DNA of 63,983 nucleotides, counting the filler, from Theionarchaea archaeon (GTDB taxonomy: Archaea > Methanobacteriota_B > Thermococci > Methanofastidiosales > SZ-28-30), in the NCBI GenBank assembly GCA_018992565.1. It is 5 parts of 5 records of this genome, joined end to end, with 100 filler letters (N's around TTAATTAATTAA, not from the genome) between each part and the next. Parts side by side here need not be neighbours in the genome. Positions count along the whole stretch, not along the records: positions 8,613 to 40,195 come from JACVGW010000020.1; positions 40,296 to 48,518 come from JACVGW010000100.1; 3 more parts are not named here. One strand, written 5' to 3'. This document shows, piece by piece, positions 33,430 through 43,701 of the stretch (positions within the stretch are counted from its first letter, which is position 1; each line of letters begins with the position of its first letter). The position numbers and the translations under genes were made by a program. The notes beneath the pieces are model-generated. The model made no database searches and was not told where the DNA came from. It saw only the letters and a program-made list of their open reading frames with translations.

Positions 33430-34839
33430 ATGGGAACTCTGCTCATCGTAGATGATGACAAAAACCTGTTGAAAGTCCTTCAGCAAATCCTGGAAGAAGC
33501 AGGGCATGAAGTATCAGCAGTATCCAGTGGAAAAGAGGCTCTCATTGAGTTATCAGGCCGCGATTTTGACTTGGCTGTAGTAGACTTAAAGCTTGAAGAA
33601 GTGTCTGGTTTTGATCTCATAGACGCTATTAAGGAGACGTATCCTAGTGTTGTGGTGATTATTTCTACGGGGTTTGCTTCTTTGGATTCTGCTATCAAGG
33701 CACTCAGGATGGGTGCTTACGATTTCCTGCAGAAGCCACTCAAACCAGAACTCTTGATCAAAGCGGTGGAGCGAGGACTGGAGAAAAAACAGCTAAAAGA
33801 CCTGGCAGAAGCTGTGATAAAGAAGATGGATGAAGGCATTGCGCTGCTGGATTCAGAAGGACTCATTGATTTTGTCAGCAAGAGATTCTGTGAGATATCA
33901 CAGTACACTGCCGATGAGTTGACAGGAGGCCTCCTTCTTTCACTGGTAGCTCCAGAGTATGAGAACCTCACTGTAGAAAACCTCAGAAAAGCCTGGGAAG
34001 GCAGCTCCAGACGGTTTCAGGCTTCCATGATCCGCAAAGATGGAAAGGAACTGACAGCGATTATCAGTCTCACCAAAGCGGGAAACAGGGTCTTGGCAGT
34101 GGTCAGTGATATAACTAAGATTACAGGAGCCCCTGTTATCAAGAGGGAACTCATGTATAAGATACAGCCAGGTTCAGTGTATCTGATCACAGAAGAAAGC
34201 ACAGATAAAGCAATGGAAGCACTTGAGGATTTGCTGCAGGCAGGATACGGAGGTCTCATGGTCACCCGGGACCACCCTGATGAAATCAAGAGCACGTGGA
34301 ATACTGATGCCACTGTGCTGTGGCTTACTGACGATGTGGCTGGAGAATCTACCATGTTTCCCAATATTGCTCTCCTGGAAAGGAAATTGCAGTCCTATCT
34401 TTCCCGCAACAGGGTCATTCTCATAGACAGGTTGGATTACCTGGTTTCAAAGAATTCCTTCGAGTCAGTACTTGGTCTGGTGCAGAGACTCAATGATCTG
34501 GCTTTTACCAAAAAGAGCATTATCTTGCTATCTGTGGATCCACGGACTCTGACAGAGAGAGAGTTTTCTCTCCTGGAGAAGGAAACACGTCCTCTTGTGC
34601 CGATAAACAGGTCGGAACTCCCCGAAGATCTGTCCGAATTGCTGAGATACGTCACCCAGCGGAATGAAGTGGGTGGAAAACCGTCTCATAAGGAAATTGA
34701 AAAGCGATTTGATATCACCCGCACCACTGTACGGAAAAGACTGAATCAACTCGAAGAAAAGGGCATGATCGTGGAGAAGAAGAAAGGGAGAATGAAGGTA
34801 ATTGAAATAACAGAAAAAGGCAGGAAATCGCTGGGATGA
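33430..34839 (+). CDS. Response regulator: REC, PAS, DUF835, winged HTH
   Basis: LLIVDDD...DLAVVD...KP receiver; PAS; DUF835 (VTRDHP, LWLT, ILIDRLDYL); C-terminal 'TVRKRLNQLEEKGMI' wHTH. An alternative start at 33364 is possible. Confidence 0.88.
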   Translation: MGTLLIVDDDKNLLKVLQQILEEAGHEVSAVSSGKEALIELSGRDFDLAVVDLKLEEVSGFDLIDAIKETYPSVVVIISTGFASLDSAIKALRMGAYDFLQKPLKPELLIKAVERGLEKKQLKDLAEAVIKKMDEGIALLDSEGLIDFVSKRFCEISQYTADELTGGLLLSLVAPEYENLTVENLRKAWEGSSRRFQASMIRKDGKELTAIISLTKAGNRVLAVVSDITKITGAPVIKRELMYKIQPGSVYLITEESTDKAMEALEDLLQAGYGGLMVTRDHPDEIKSTWNTDATVLWLTDDVAGESTMFPNIALLERKLQSYLSRNRVILIDRLDYLVSKNSFESVLGLVQRLNDLAFTKKSIILLSVDPRTLTEREFSLLEKETRPLVPINRSELPEDLSELLRYVTQRNEVGGKPSHKEIEKRFDITRTTVRKRLNQLEEKGMIVEKKKGRMKVIEITEKGRKSLG

Positions 34840-34911
34840 ACAGAAGATATCTGTCCCTTGCGTAACCTTATTGCAACATTTAAAAAGTTCCTTGTATAAG
34901 AGTGTTGACAG

Positions 34912-37311
34912 TTGATGAAAATGACCCGTACTGCTGGCAATCCTCCAAGACAATCTGGCAACGAATTGATCCGTGTTCTGCATGTAGATGATGATCCGGC
35001 ATTTCTGAAGATTTCAAAACGATGTCTGGAGGAAGGAAGAGAATTCGTGGTGGACTGTGCCACCTCAGCAGAGGAAGCCATGAGGAAACTGGGGAACTCT
35101 CAGTATGATGTGATTGTATCAGACTATTTAATGCCAGGAGTATCCGGCCTGGAGCTCTTGAAGCAGTTGAGAGGCCAGGGAATTGGAACCCCCTTCATTC
35201 TATTCACTGGCAAGAGCACAGAGGATGCTGCCGTGGCCTCATTAAATCTGGGAGTAGCCTTCTACCTGAAGAAGCATGGACAGACTGATGCAGTATTCTC
35301 GGAACTGTCCGCCTCTATTCGTAAGGCAGCCTGCCGTGCGACCAACAATATGCAACAGAAGGAATCAGGTCAGAAAAGTGGCTGCAGTAAGAATGAAAGG
35401 GAGAATGAGAGTACACTGTCTCCAAGAGACGTGGATAGGGGCATTAGTACAGATGCAGGGCTCCCGTGTGAAAGGCAATATGCAACATTGGCTGAACTCC
35501 TCCCTGATTCCATTGTCACCCTGGATCTGGATGCACAGGTGACTTCCTGCAATTCTGCCACAGTAGCTATGACAGGGTTTACCAGAGACCAGATGATGGG
35601 AAAGCGGTTCTCTGATTTAGGGTTCCTGAGAAAAGAGGATCAGCCCCACTATGAAAAGCTGTTTCATTCTGCTCTCGATGGAAAAACACCTGATCCTTTT
35701 GAGGTTATCTGGAAACACAAAGAAGGGACTTTTTACCTGGCAGAAGTCAGAATGGGCTTACTCATAGAAAAAGGAGTAGTTGCCGGAGTCTTGGTAATAG
35801 CCAGAGACATCACACAGCGCAAACAGGCTGAAAGAAGACTGCAGGAGAGCGAACATAAGTTTCGAAGTATTGTAGAGCAATCCACTGATGGTATTGTTTT
35901 GCTTGATCAGCAGGGAACAATAGTGGAATGGAACAAGGGACAGGAATCCATTACAGGGTTGAGTAGAGCGGACGTCATAGCCAAGCCTGCATGGGACGTT
36001 TATTTCACTCTGAGATCGGAAGAGAAGAGGACTCCCCAGGCATACCAGCAGATCAAGACCCAGATAATGGAATTCTTACAGAATCAACAACATTCTCGAG
36101 TTGAAACACTACGAGAACAGGAAATCAGAAAGCTCACTGGAGAAAAAAAAGTTATTCAAATCTTGGTCTTCCCCATCCATACAGATCAGGGGATAATGAC
36201 AGGGAGCATCTCACGAGACATCACTGAAAAAAAAGAAGCGGAACTGGCTCTACAATCTGAAAGGGACAAACTGAAAGCTCTCATGGACGGGTTGGACCGC
36301 ACTGGGATTGGAATTGATATTGTGAGCATTGACCACAAAGTTCTGCTTCAGAACGCTGTACTGAAAGAGGAATTTGGGGACCTGACTGGAAAGCTGTGCT
36401 ACAATGAATACATTGGGTTGAATGAACCCTGTAGAGACTGCCCCATGATGCGAGCTATCAGGAGCAATGCTGTGGAGAGCAGTCAATTTGTCAATATCCA
36501 CGGGAAGCACATGGAGCTTATTTCTGCCCCCCTGCCGAATCTTGACGGCACGGTGGACAAGGCAATTGAGGTGGCCATTGACAATACAGAGAGAGTGAGA
36601 GCGGAGAGAATACTGAATCAGACCATGGAAAAACTGGAGACAATGAATGAAAAATTACGTGTGGTAGGCAGTATGACCAGGCACGATGTCCGAAACAAGA
36701 TCTCGACTATTACAGGAAGCATCTACCTCATGAAGAAGTCCCTATCACTGAATAAAGATGTCCTGAGTCATCTTTCGGAGATCGAAGTAACCTGCCGACA
36801 GATAGAGAGGATATTTGATTTTGCCAAAACATATGAGCAAATCGGGATAGAAGATCTCACCTTCATTAGCGTGGAAGAAAGCCTTGAGGAGGCATTGATG
36901 CTGTGCGGCGAGCTAAAAGATGTAGATGTGAGCAGCGAATGTGGTGAGTTGAGGGTTTTGGCAGACTCCCTGCTCAGTCATGTACTTTACAACCTGGTGG
37001 AGAACTCTATGAAACACGGACAGACAGTGAAAGAGATCAGACTGCACTACCAGATGAAAGATAGTATCCTGACCCTGATCTACGAAGATGACGGTGTTGG
37101 AATCCCTCACTCAGAAAAAAAGAGAATCTTTGCGGAAGGGTACGGAAAAGACACTGGTTATGGACTCTACATCATCTGCAAGATCTGTGAAACATATCAC
37201 TGGACAGTGGAGGAGCGGGGAGAACCAGGCAAGGGAGTTCGCTTTGAACTGAGTATTCCTTCCAGCGGAAACGGCAGGCGAGGATACCTACTTCAGGCTC
37301 AAGAGATATGA
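34912..37311 (+). CDS. Hybrid sensor histidine kinase (REC, multiple PAS, HisKA, HATPase)
   Basis: VLHVDDD...DVIVSDYLMP; three PAS domains; RHDVRNK H-box; NLVENSMKHG, DDGVGI, TGYGL. Confidence 0.92.
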   Translation: MMKMTRTAGNPPRQSGNELIRVLHVDDDPAFLKISKRCLEEGREFVVDCATSAEEAMRKLGNSQYDVIVSDYLMPGVSGLELLKQLRGQGIGTPFILFTGKSTEDAAVASLNLGVAFYLKKHGQTDAVFSELSASIRKAACRATNNMQQKESGQKSGCSKNERENESTLSPRDVDRGISTDAGLPCERQYATLAELLPDSIVTLDLDAQVTSCNSATVAMTGFTRDQMMGKRFSDLGFLRKEDQPHYEKLFHSALDGKTPDPFEVIWKHKEGTFYLAEVRMGLLIEKGVVAGVLVIARDITQRKQAERRLQESEHKFRSIVEQSTDGIVLLDQQGTIVEWNKGQESITGLSRADVIAKPAWDVYFTLRSEEKRTPQAYQQIKTQIMEFLQNQQHSRVETLREQEIRKLTGEKKVIQILVFPIHTDQGIMTGSISRDITEKKEAELALQSERDKLKALMDGLDRTGIGIDIVSIDHKVLLQNAVLKEEFGDLTGKLCYNEYIGLNEPCRDCPMMRAIRSNAVESSQFVNIHGKHMELISAPLPNLDGTVDKAIEVAIDNTERVRAERILNQTMEKLETMNEKLRVVGSMTRHDVRNKISTITGSIYLMKKSLSLNKDVLSHLSEIEVTCRQIERIFDFAKTYEQIGIEDLTFISVEESLEEALMLCGELKDVDVSSECGELRVLADSLLSHVLYNLVENSMKHGQTVKEIRLHYQMKDSILTLIYEDDGVGIPHSEKKRIFAEGYGKDTGYGLYIICKICETYHWTVEERGEPGKGVRFELSIPSSGNGRRGYLLQAQEI

Positions 37312-37682
37312 AATGACCAGGACGCAGTCTCAAATGAGATTAATTCTCTATTTCTATCAAAATAGTGTATTTTATCTTTTTTTCGCACCCAAACCTTTTT
37401 AAATATGAAAATGGTAGGAGTATTGCGCCGTTGAGGAGAACGGAGATACTCCCACCGGGCCATGGAGACGAAAGATGCATCTCTTACCTGGAAATATGTT
37501 CTCTTGCTCTCGAGGTAATCATCCTGTTATCATGAGAATGCATGCGTTCCGGAAGAACACTGGACACGTTCGGTCCCTGTCATGCGAGAGAGTAAGTAAT
37601 CGCGGTTTCCGAGAGAGAACTTTATCTTCTTTTGGTATTGAAAGTTACATATCCTGCTATTTATATCTTCTGGGGTGAACAA

Positions 37683-38615
37683 GTGAGCATTTTCACGAAA
37701 GAACAACAGACTAATTTGATTCGTGCTCTCTATGAAATCCGCCTGAAAGAGCCTCGCCTCAGTATCCAGGAAATGGCCCGGTCAATGGGGACAGCTCGGA
37801 ACACTGTCTACCGGCATCTCAACTCTGCTCTGGAGAATGGCATTCTGTTCAATCCCCAATTGAGGCTGAAGATGTTTCACGATGTCAAAGAATACGTCTA
37901 TGCTGTCTCCTCAAATTCGGCCCATGAAACATTCCAGACATTGAAGGACAGAACGTCAGTGTGCTATGAGCTCTTTGCTACAGGGTACATTGATCTTCTC
38001 ATGATTTCCGACACGCCTCTTTCCCAGAGAGACATGAAGGAACTGGGGGATATCAGAATAGAGGGATCTAGGAGTGATTTTGTCTACCCTGTGGTACCTG
38101 CTGTTGATTATCCCACCGCTCTGCATCAGATAAGAAGATATATTCAGAGGGATTTTTGTCCCAGCCGATGGAGAGTTGAGTACCCTCCCCGCAACGTCAT
38201 ATGGAAAGATCTGGATTATGAACTGTTCTCTCTGCTGCGCTATGACATGACCACTAAGTACACCGTCCTGGCGAGATCAGCCCGGATGTCTTTTGATGGG
38301 TTCAGATGGTCCCTGGATCGGATTCTGGCAAATACCCAGGTTGTCGTTCCTTACTACCCTGAAGGGTATTCTCACTATATGAGGTTCCTCTTGATGTTCA
38401 AGAGTCAGTATGAGGAAATGCTCATGGAGCTTTTTTCCCTTGTACCGTGCTGCACAACCCTGTACAAGGTCGCTGATTGGATACTTGTGCATTTCAAAAT
38501 ACTCCCTCTGGACCTTACCGGTCAGTTTTTCAACATATTGTACAGCCTTCAGGACTCAGGGTACATCGATTGCATAAAGACTGCTGTGCCTATTCTGCAC
38601 TGGCGTCCCGGCTAG
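37683..38615 (+). CDS. HTH transcriptional regulator (two HTH-like units, Lrp/AsnC-like architecture)
   Basis: SIQEMARSMGTARNTVYRHL HTH; second unit 'YTVLARSARMS'; GGGGTGA before GTG at 37683. Confidence 0.7.
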   Translation: MSIFTKEQQTNLIRALYEIRLKEPRLSIQEMARSMGTARNTVYRHLNSALENGILFNPQLRLKMFHDVKEYVYAVSSNSAHETFQTLKDRTSVCYELFATGYIDLLMISDTPLSQRDMKELGDIRIEGSRSDFVYPVVPAVDYPTALHQIRRYIQRDFCPSRWRVEYPPRNVIWKDLDYELFSLLRYDMTTKYTVLARSARMSFDGFRWSLDRILANTQVVVPYYPEGYSHYMRFLLMFKSQYEEMLMELFSLVPCCTTLYKVADWILVHFKILPLDLTGQFFNILYSLQDSGYIDCIKTAVPILHWRPG

Positions 38616-39053
38616 CCTGGAAAGGGACCATCTCCATCTCCACCGCCTACAGAAGGATCTTTCAACGGTTCAAAAAGATACCCTTTCAGCACGTTCATCC
38701 AACTCACCTCTTGTCGATTGATTTGCTACCAACAAAATAGTTGGGTTCATGATGAGAGAAAGCTTTACTTATTTAACTTTTTCTATCTTTGTTTCTATCC
38801 AGGTTCATCATGGCATGAGCCTTCAACGGGAGAACTTTAAAGAGTCTTCATCCATGGGGACCGTTACTTCTGATGTGTGGAAGTGCGTGACGTGTCTGAG
38901 ACGTATTTACACCTGTTCCCGGAAAGTCATGACCCCAGGCGTCTTCAGATTCTCTGTATTGGAGAATTATAATACCGAAAGAATATTTTCCAATGCAGAG
39001 AGTGAGGATTTTGTTTCTGAATCAACTAAGAAGTATTACAGGTACTTCTATGA

Positions 39054-40195
39054 CTATATCATCCAGAATCCATGACTGGAGTGTACGATGACGCCTGGGG
39101 AGTACGGGACTGGCTCCACCCACATGTCGAGCGCTCTGCAACTCACAAAGGGTATAAACCCCAGAGAGCGCGCCGTGTTGTAGACCCAGGCAATATTTGC
39201 TGGATCTTGAGCATAGTCCACCGTGAAGATGAGTTTCCCCTTGCTCTTTGCAACCAGCAAAAATGTGACGTATTCCTCACTGCTAGTATGGAGCGTACCA
39301 TCAGGATAGGAATCATAGTAATCACGGCAACCTCGAGATAAGGAAGACCGATATTCATCAGTATCCACATCAAACTCAGTAAGAGGCAAAGGGCAGTCCC
39401 CTGGTGGATCATTTTCAGCTCCTCCATCAAACCAGATTTGTTCCTGAGCGATTGCATCTATGAGAGACAGGTACTCATCATATACAGCGAGCTCAGCTGC
39501 ATTCTGACCTATAATGATGAATGCAGGATCTTTTGAACGAGTGAACAGATTTATGTCGTTGATGAATCTAATCATCTCCTGAAGCGGGTTTACTCCCTCT
39601 TTTTCTGCACGTGCTATGACATTCTCGTCAGAATATGCTTCCACCCAGTCCAGGTATATGCCATCAAACCCTGCGTCAATGATGCGCTGAAGATAGCCAT
39701 CTTCGCCCAGCCATACAGAACGCCATTCTTCATACCAGAAGGCCACAGGATAGTTGTCTTCCCACCCGTCGGGATCGCCTCCCACTATCCATGCAGGGTC
39801 TCCTACATGCCAGTGGGGCTGCCAGTATGTGCGGTAGGACTCAGCTTCCCCAATGTCAATGTAAGCCAGAACGAGTTTTGCACGGGAGGATTGATGCAGA
39901 CGCATGATAACGTCTTCCATGGGGTAGTCTGTGCTGTCACTCTCAGAAGAAATGAAATCCAAGACTACAAGATCATACTGAGAGGCGGCAATTCTATCCA
40001 CCATGTCCGAATCCAAGCCCGTGTCAAGGAAATAGAACCACGTTACAACATGTGCGAGACGCTGCTGGGAGGAAGAGGTCGACTGCGAAAAAAGGAACCC
40101 TGTGACATTTTCGCTTGTGTAAAAGGTTGAGGGGCGCACTGTGTTGTAAGCCCAGTATGAGGTGATGACTCTCAAGAGATCATTATCAACTTCTC
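39054..40195 (-). CDS. GH114/TM1410-like endo-alpha-1,4-polygalactosaminidase family protein (5' end in gap)
   Basis: YDLVVLD, LAYIDIGEAESYRTYW, GFDGIYLDWVEAY, IIGQNA, VDYA motifs; the frame stays open into the gap. Confidence 0.85.
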
Positions 40196-40295
40196 NNNNN
40201 NNNNNNNNNNNNNNNNNNNNNNNNNNNNNNNNNNNNNNNTTAATTAATTAANNNNNNNNNNNNNNNNNNNNNNNNNNNNNNNNNNNNNNNNNNNN
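40196..40295. other. Assembly gap with TTAATTAATTAA linker
   Basis: N run with linker at 40240-40251. Confidence 0.97.
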
Positions 40296-40842
40296 TCGTC
40301 TCTGAGCCCCTCAACTTCTGGAACAGCAGTCCTTCCACATCGTCCAGAATCTGATCATCACCATCCTGGTCGATAAGAGCAGCACTTCCTCTCTGCCCTG
40401 CTCCACCAGCATCCCGTTTCTGAGACAGTGCTCCCAGAATAATGGGTGCCAGCATGACAATGATCTTCATGGCTGTGCCCTTGTCTATGTTAAATCTGCT
40501 GGACATCATGTCGGCTGCCTGTATACCAGAGTCTCCAAGCAGGCCACCCAGTCGCGGATCAGGCTTTCTCACTCCAGCTTTGGCCTGTAACTCCTCACCC
40601 ACGTGGTCAAGGACACTGGCACTTCCGTACTTATTGAGAATATGGTTTACCCTGGCAGCCCGGGCCTGTTCATCACTTCCACCGTGCTGTTCCATCTGAC
40701 GTTTCAGTCCACCGAGTATCATGGGAGCTACCACAGGGATCATCTCGAGAGCAGTCTCCTGCTTGATACCCACCGTTGAAGAAAGCTGCTTGCTCACATC
40801 TCCTCCATACTGCTTCAAAAACTCTTCCAGAAAGTCTACCAT
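40296..40842 (-). CDS. DUF937-like protein (3' end in gap)
   Basis: LAPIILGAL and LIDQDGDDQILDDV motifs. Confidence 0.7.
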
Positions 40843-40865
40843 CAAATCCCTCCTTCACCTCAGAA

Positions 40866-41105
40866 CTAGAAAGCACCCTTGCCGGGCTTCCCTTTCTCTT
40901 CAGTCCTGGATGATCTGTACTGAGCCTCTTTCTTTTTCATCTGTTCTTCCATGTCTTCTAGAGTCCTCTTCAGATTGTCAATTTCCTTTCGAAGTTCATC
41001 TATTTCAGCTTTCAGCTCTTTTTTCAGTTCTTTTCCTACTTTCTTCATCCATTCTGCCTCAATATCCTTTGCTTCTGCTCGCATTTCTCTTCTCTCTTCT
41101 CTCAC
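40866..41105 (-). CDS. Small charged coiled-coil protein
   Basis: E/K-rich heptads; AGGAGGA ribosome site; operonic spacing with neighbours. Confidence 0.6.
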   Translation of the reverse strand: MREERREMRAEAKDIEAEWMKKVGKELKKELKAEIDELRKEIDNLKRTLEDMEEQMKKKEAQYRSSRTEEKGKPGKGAF

Positions 41106-41125
41106 ATGATCTCCTCCTTACATTC

Positions 41126-41323
41126 CTACTTCTTACTGACCTCTTTAACATCTTCCACCCTGGCCTTGGGTGCATTCGCCTTTGTACTCTCGATGCCGTT
41201 CAAGCATGCTGCTCTGGAGGTATATCCCTCGCTGGTAGCTATGGTCTTTCCATTGGGTGCAATCAATCGAAACCTGAATTCGCCTTTCGAATCCTTGAAT
41301 ATTTCAAACCGTGGTTCTGCCAT
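41126..41323 (-). CDS. YegP/DUF1508 (UPF0339) family protein
   Basis: FEIFKDSKGEFRFRLIAPNGKTIATSEGY..RAACLNGIES.K.NA. Confidence 0.9.
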   Translation of the reverse strand: MAEPRFEIFKDSKGEFRFRLIAPNGKTIATSEGYTSRAACLNGIESTKANAPKARVEDVKEVSKK

Positions 41324-41633
41324 TCTATCACCACTTTCCATATGTCTCAAGATCATATAAGCTTTTCCTGCCTGCCGGGCTGATTACAGGCACCCAGAAA
41401 GTGCCCGCAGTCATGAGCAGGGTTGGGAGGACCTCTGCTAGTTGTATTCTCTCCCGCCCTGTCCTGATGAATGAGGTGCCAAGCTTTCAACCCCAACCAT
41501 CTCAGGAAAAACACAAATCTTAAGAGTCTCCCTTCATAGAACACATCATGTATAGCAGGAGCCTGACATCAGAAGATATGACCACGTCATTACGGAACTC
41601 ACGTTCTCACGAGGTGATAGTATCAACCAGCTA

Positions 41634-42069
41634 TTGATGATTCTGAACCCTCTCACAGCCGGGGAGGCTTTCAAAAAAAGAGCTGCTGAGGAAAAATGGA
41701 GACTGCCGCTGGCCCTTGTCCTCATTACAGGAGTGCTCTCTGCAGCGGGGATAGCCCTGGTATATGAGAAATCAGAAGGTCTCAGATCGCTCTACCTGGC
41801 AGAAGAAATGGGTGTAACACTGCGAGATGAAATATGGCCCATCATGACAGTGACTAAATTCGTAACCTCCTTGCTGATGGTATTCCTGGGATGGGGAATA
41901 AAGTCTTCTGTCTTTCATGGTATGGCAAGCCTTTTCAAAGGAAAACCAGCTTCTATCTCTTCTACAGTGCGTCTGATAGGATACACGTATCTCCCCCTCA
42001 TTTTCAAGGGGTTAGCCGACGTGTACAGGGGGTTAACATATGAGATACCTTCTTATGAAGAATATGTGA
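41634..42069 (+). CDS. Yip1-family membrane protein (truncated by gap)
   Basis: LNP..AF start, hydrophobic helices, 'GYTYLP' motif. Confidence 0.65.
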
Positions 42070-42169
42070 NNNNNNNNNNNNNNNNNNNNNNNNNNNNNNN
42101 NNNNNNNNNNNNNNNNNNNNNNNNNNNNNNNNNNNNNNNNNNNNNNNNNNNNNNNNNNNNNNNNNNNNN
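42070..42169. other. Assembly gap (100 N)
   Basis: N run. Confidence 0.98.
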
Positions 42170-42287
42170 ATCAGGCTCCCGAAGCCTGGAGGATGGACCA
42201 AGCTACCCTACGGCCCCATGTTCATCTATCTGGTATGAGAATGAATATAAAGGTATGCACAACTGCATGAACCATCTCTTCATGTCA

Positions 42288-43568
42288 TCAAAAATCAGTA
42301 AGGGTCTTCTGTCCTACATCTTTTTTCTCTGACTCCTGCTTCCTGCTTTCTCTCACTGAGCTCTCAGGTTTCTCCCTTGCGGGAGTCTCCAGGACTTTCA
42401 AGACCTTCTCTCCCTTCCTGAATATATACAGGATCTCATCTTCATCCAGACCAAAAAAGCGGCACAATCCTGCTGCTTTCTCGGGGTTCGTCTCCAGGGC
42501 CTGCATCACGATAACATATTCTCCAGCCTCTGAAGAGGAGCAGTGGCACTTCTCACTGATTTTCTGATGAATTTCCTTCCTCATGGTCCTGTCCTTTTTT
42601 GACCTGGCCAGAGCGGTGAAATAGGAAGGACTCCGAAATCTCTGGAAGTGATACCGTGACTCGCGTGCCACAGAAACCCCCGATGTCATGAGATCAGACG
42701 CATATCCCCAGAGTTTGTAGTACTGGTTTCTGAATGCCCGTCCCAAAAAGATGTCTGCCCGGGACAAATAATAGTACGCCCTGGCAGTGTCCTGGGGTTC
42801 ATACACTAAAGGCATGTTCTCTGCAATCCATAGGAGCACATCCCGGGGTTCCTGGTCCAAGTTGAAGAATTCCTTCCTCACATCAGCTGAATGTAATCTG
42901 AATACACTGGATAAGGCCTGGAATATGGAAGTCCGGGTATCCCGGGGGTTGTAATACTTCTCGCCGGTGACAGACTCCAGATCGTTGAGAGCTGCCCTCA
43001 AATCCCCGTTCACACCACTGGATATTTCCTGCAGAACCTCATCAGAAACCTCAAGACCTTCTGTATCTGCGACTTTCCTCAGGACTTTGACAATGGAGGC
43101 AGGCAGTAAGGTTCTGAACTCGATCATCTTTGATTTATTCCGGATTCCTGGAGGGATTTCCCAGTACTCATTGGCGATCAGTATGATGGGATTCCTGGTC
43201 TTATCAATGATGTGGGATAGGGCCTGGTTACCTCCTTTATCTTCTCTCCCGTAGATGTTGTCTGCTTCATCAAGTAAGATGATCTTCTTTTTGCCGTCCA
43301 GTGTGGAGCTGGTGGCTGCATTTCCAACAATCCTGTCAATGACATCCTTATTCCTCTGATCAGAAGCATTGAGCTCAATCAGATCTGCATTGAGTTCATT
43401 GGCAACGGCAATGACAGCAGACGTCTTCCCCACACCTGCTCTACCATAGAGGACAGCTACCTTTTTCTGTTCGGGCCAGGTGTTGAACCATGAGACCAGC
43501 TCTTTTAGGGCCTTGGGCTGGCCCACAATTTCCTCCAGTTTCTGAGGACGGTAGGTCTCAGTGTACAT
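42288..43568 (-). CDS. rfcL: Replication factor C large subunit
   Basis: YRPQ, GRAGVGKT, IELNASDQR, ILLDEAD, GDLRAALNDLE; C-terminal PIP-box-like QKTLTDF. Confidence 0.95.
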   Translation of the reverse strand: MYTETYRPQKLEEIVGQPKALKELVSWFNTWPEQKKVAVLYGRAGVGKTSAVIAVANELNADLIELNASDQRNKDVIDRIVGNAATSSTLDGKKKIILLDEADNIYGREDKGGNQALSHIIDKTRNPIILIANEYWEIPPGIRNKSKMIEFRTLLPASIVKVLRKVADTEGLEVSDEVLQEISSGVNGDLRAALNDLESVTGEKYYNPRDTRTSIFQALSSVFRLHSADVRKEFFNLDQEPRDVLLWIAENMPLVYEPQDTARAYYYLSRADIFLGRAFRNQYYKLWGYASDLMTSGVSVARESRYHFQRFRSPSYFTALARSKKDRTMRKEIHQKISEKCHCSSSEAGEYVIVMQALETNPEKAAGLCRFFGLDEDEILYIFRKGEKVLKVLETPAREKPESSVRESRKQESEKKDVGQKTLTDF

Positions 43569-43701
43569 TCATGGAGGATTGATTCAGAGCAATAAAAAGG
43601 TTCGGTTCACAATCCGGGACACGACACGCCTGCCAGCTGTGCCCGAAATACTCGCGACTCCACAGCAGGAAGGAACCCAACTCCTGATACAGCCAGTGAC
43701 A

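Noticed and set aside
38749..39075. 108-aa ORF between the HTH gene and the GH114 gene
   Set aside because: No motif or ribosome site, and it overlaps the end of the convergent gene; probably spurious.
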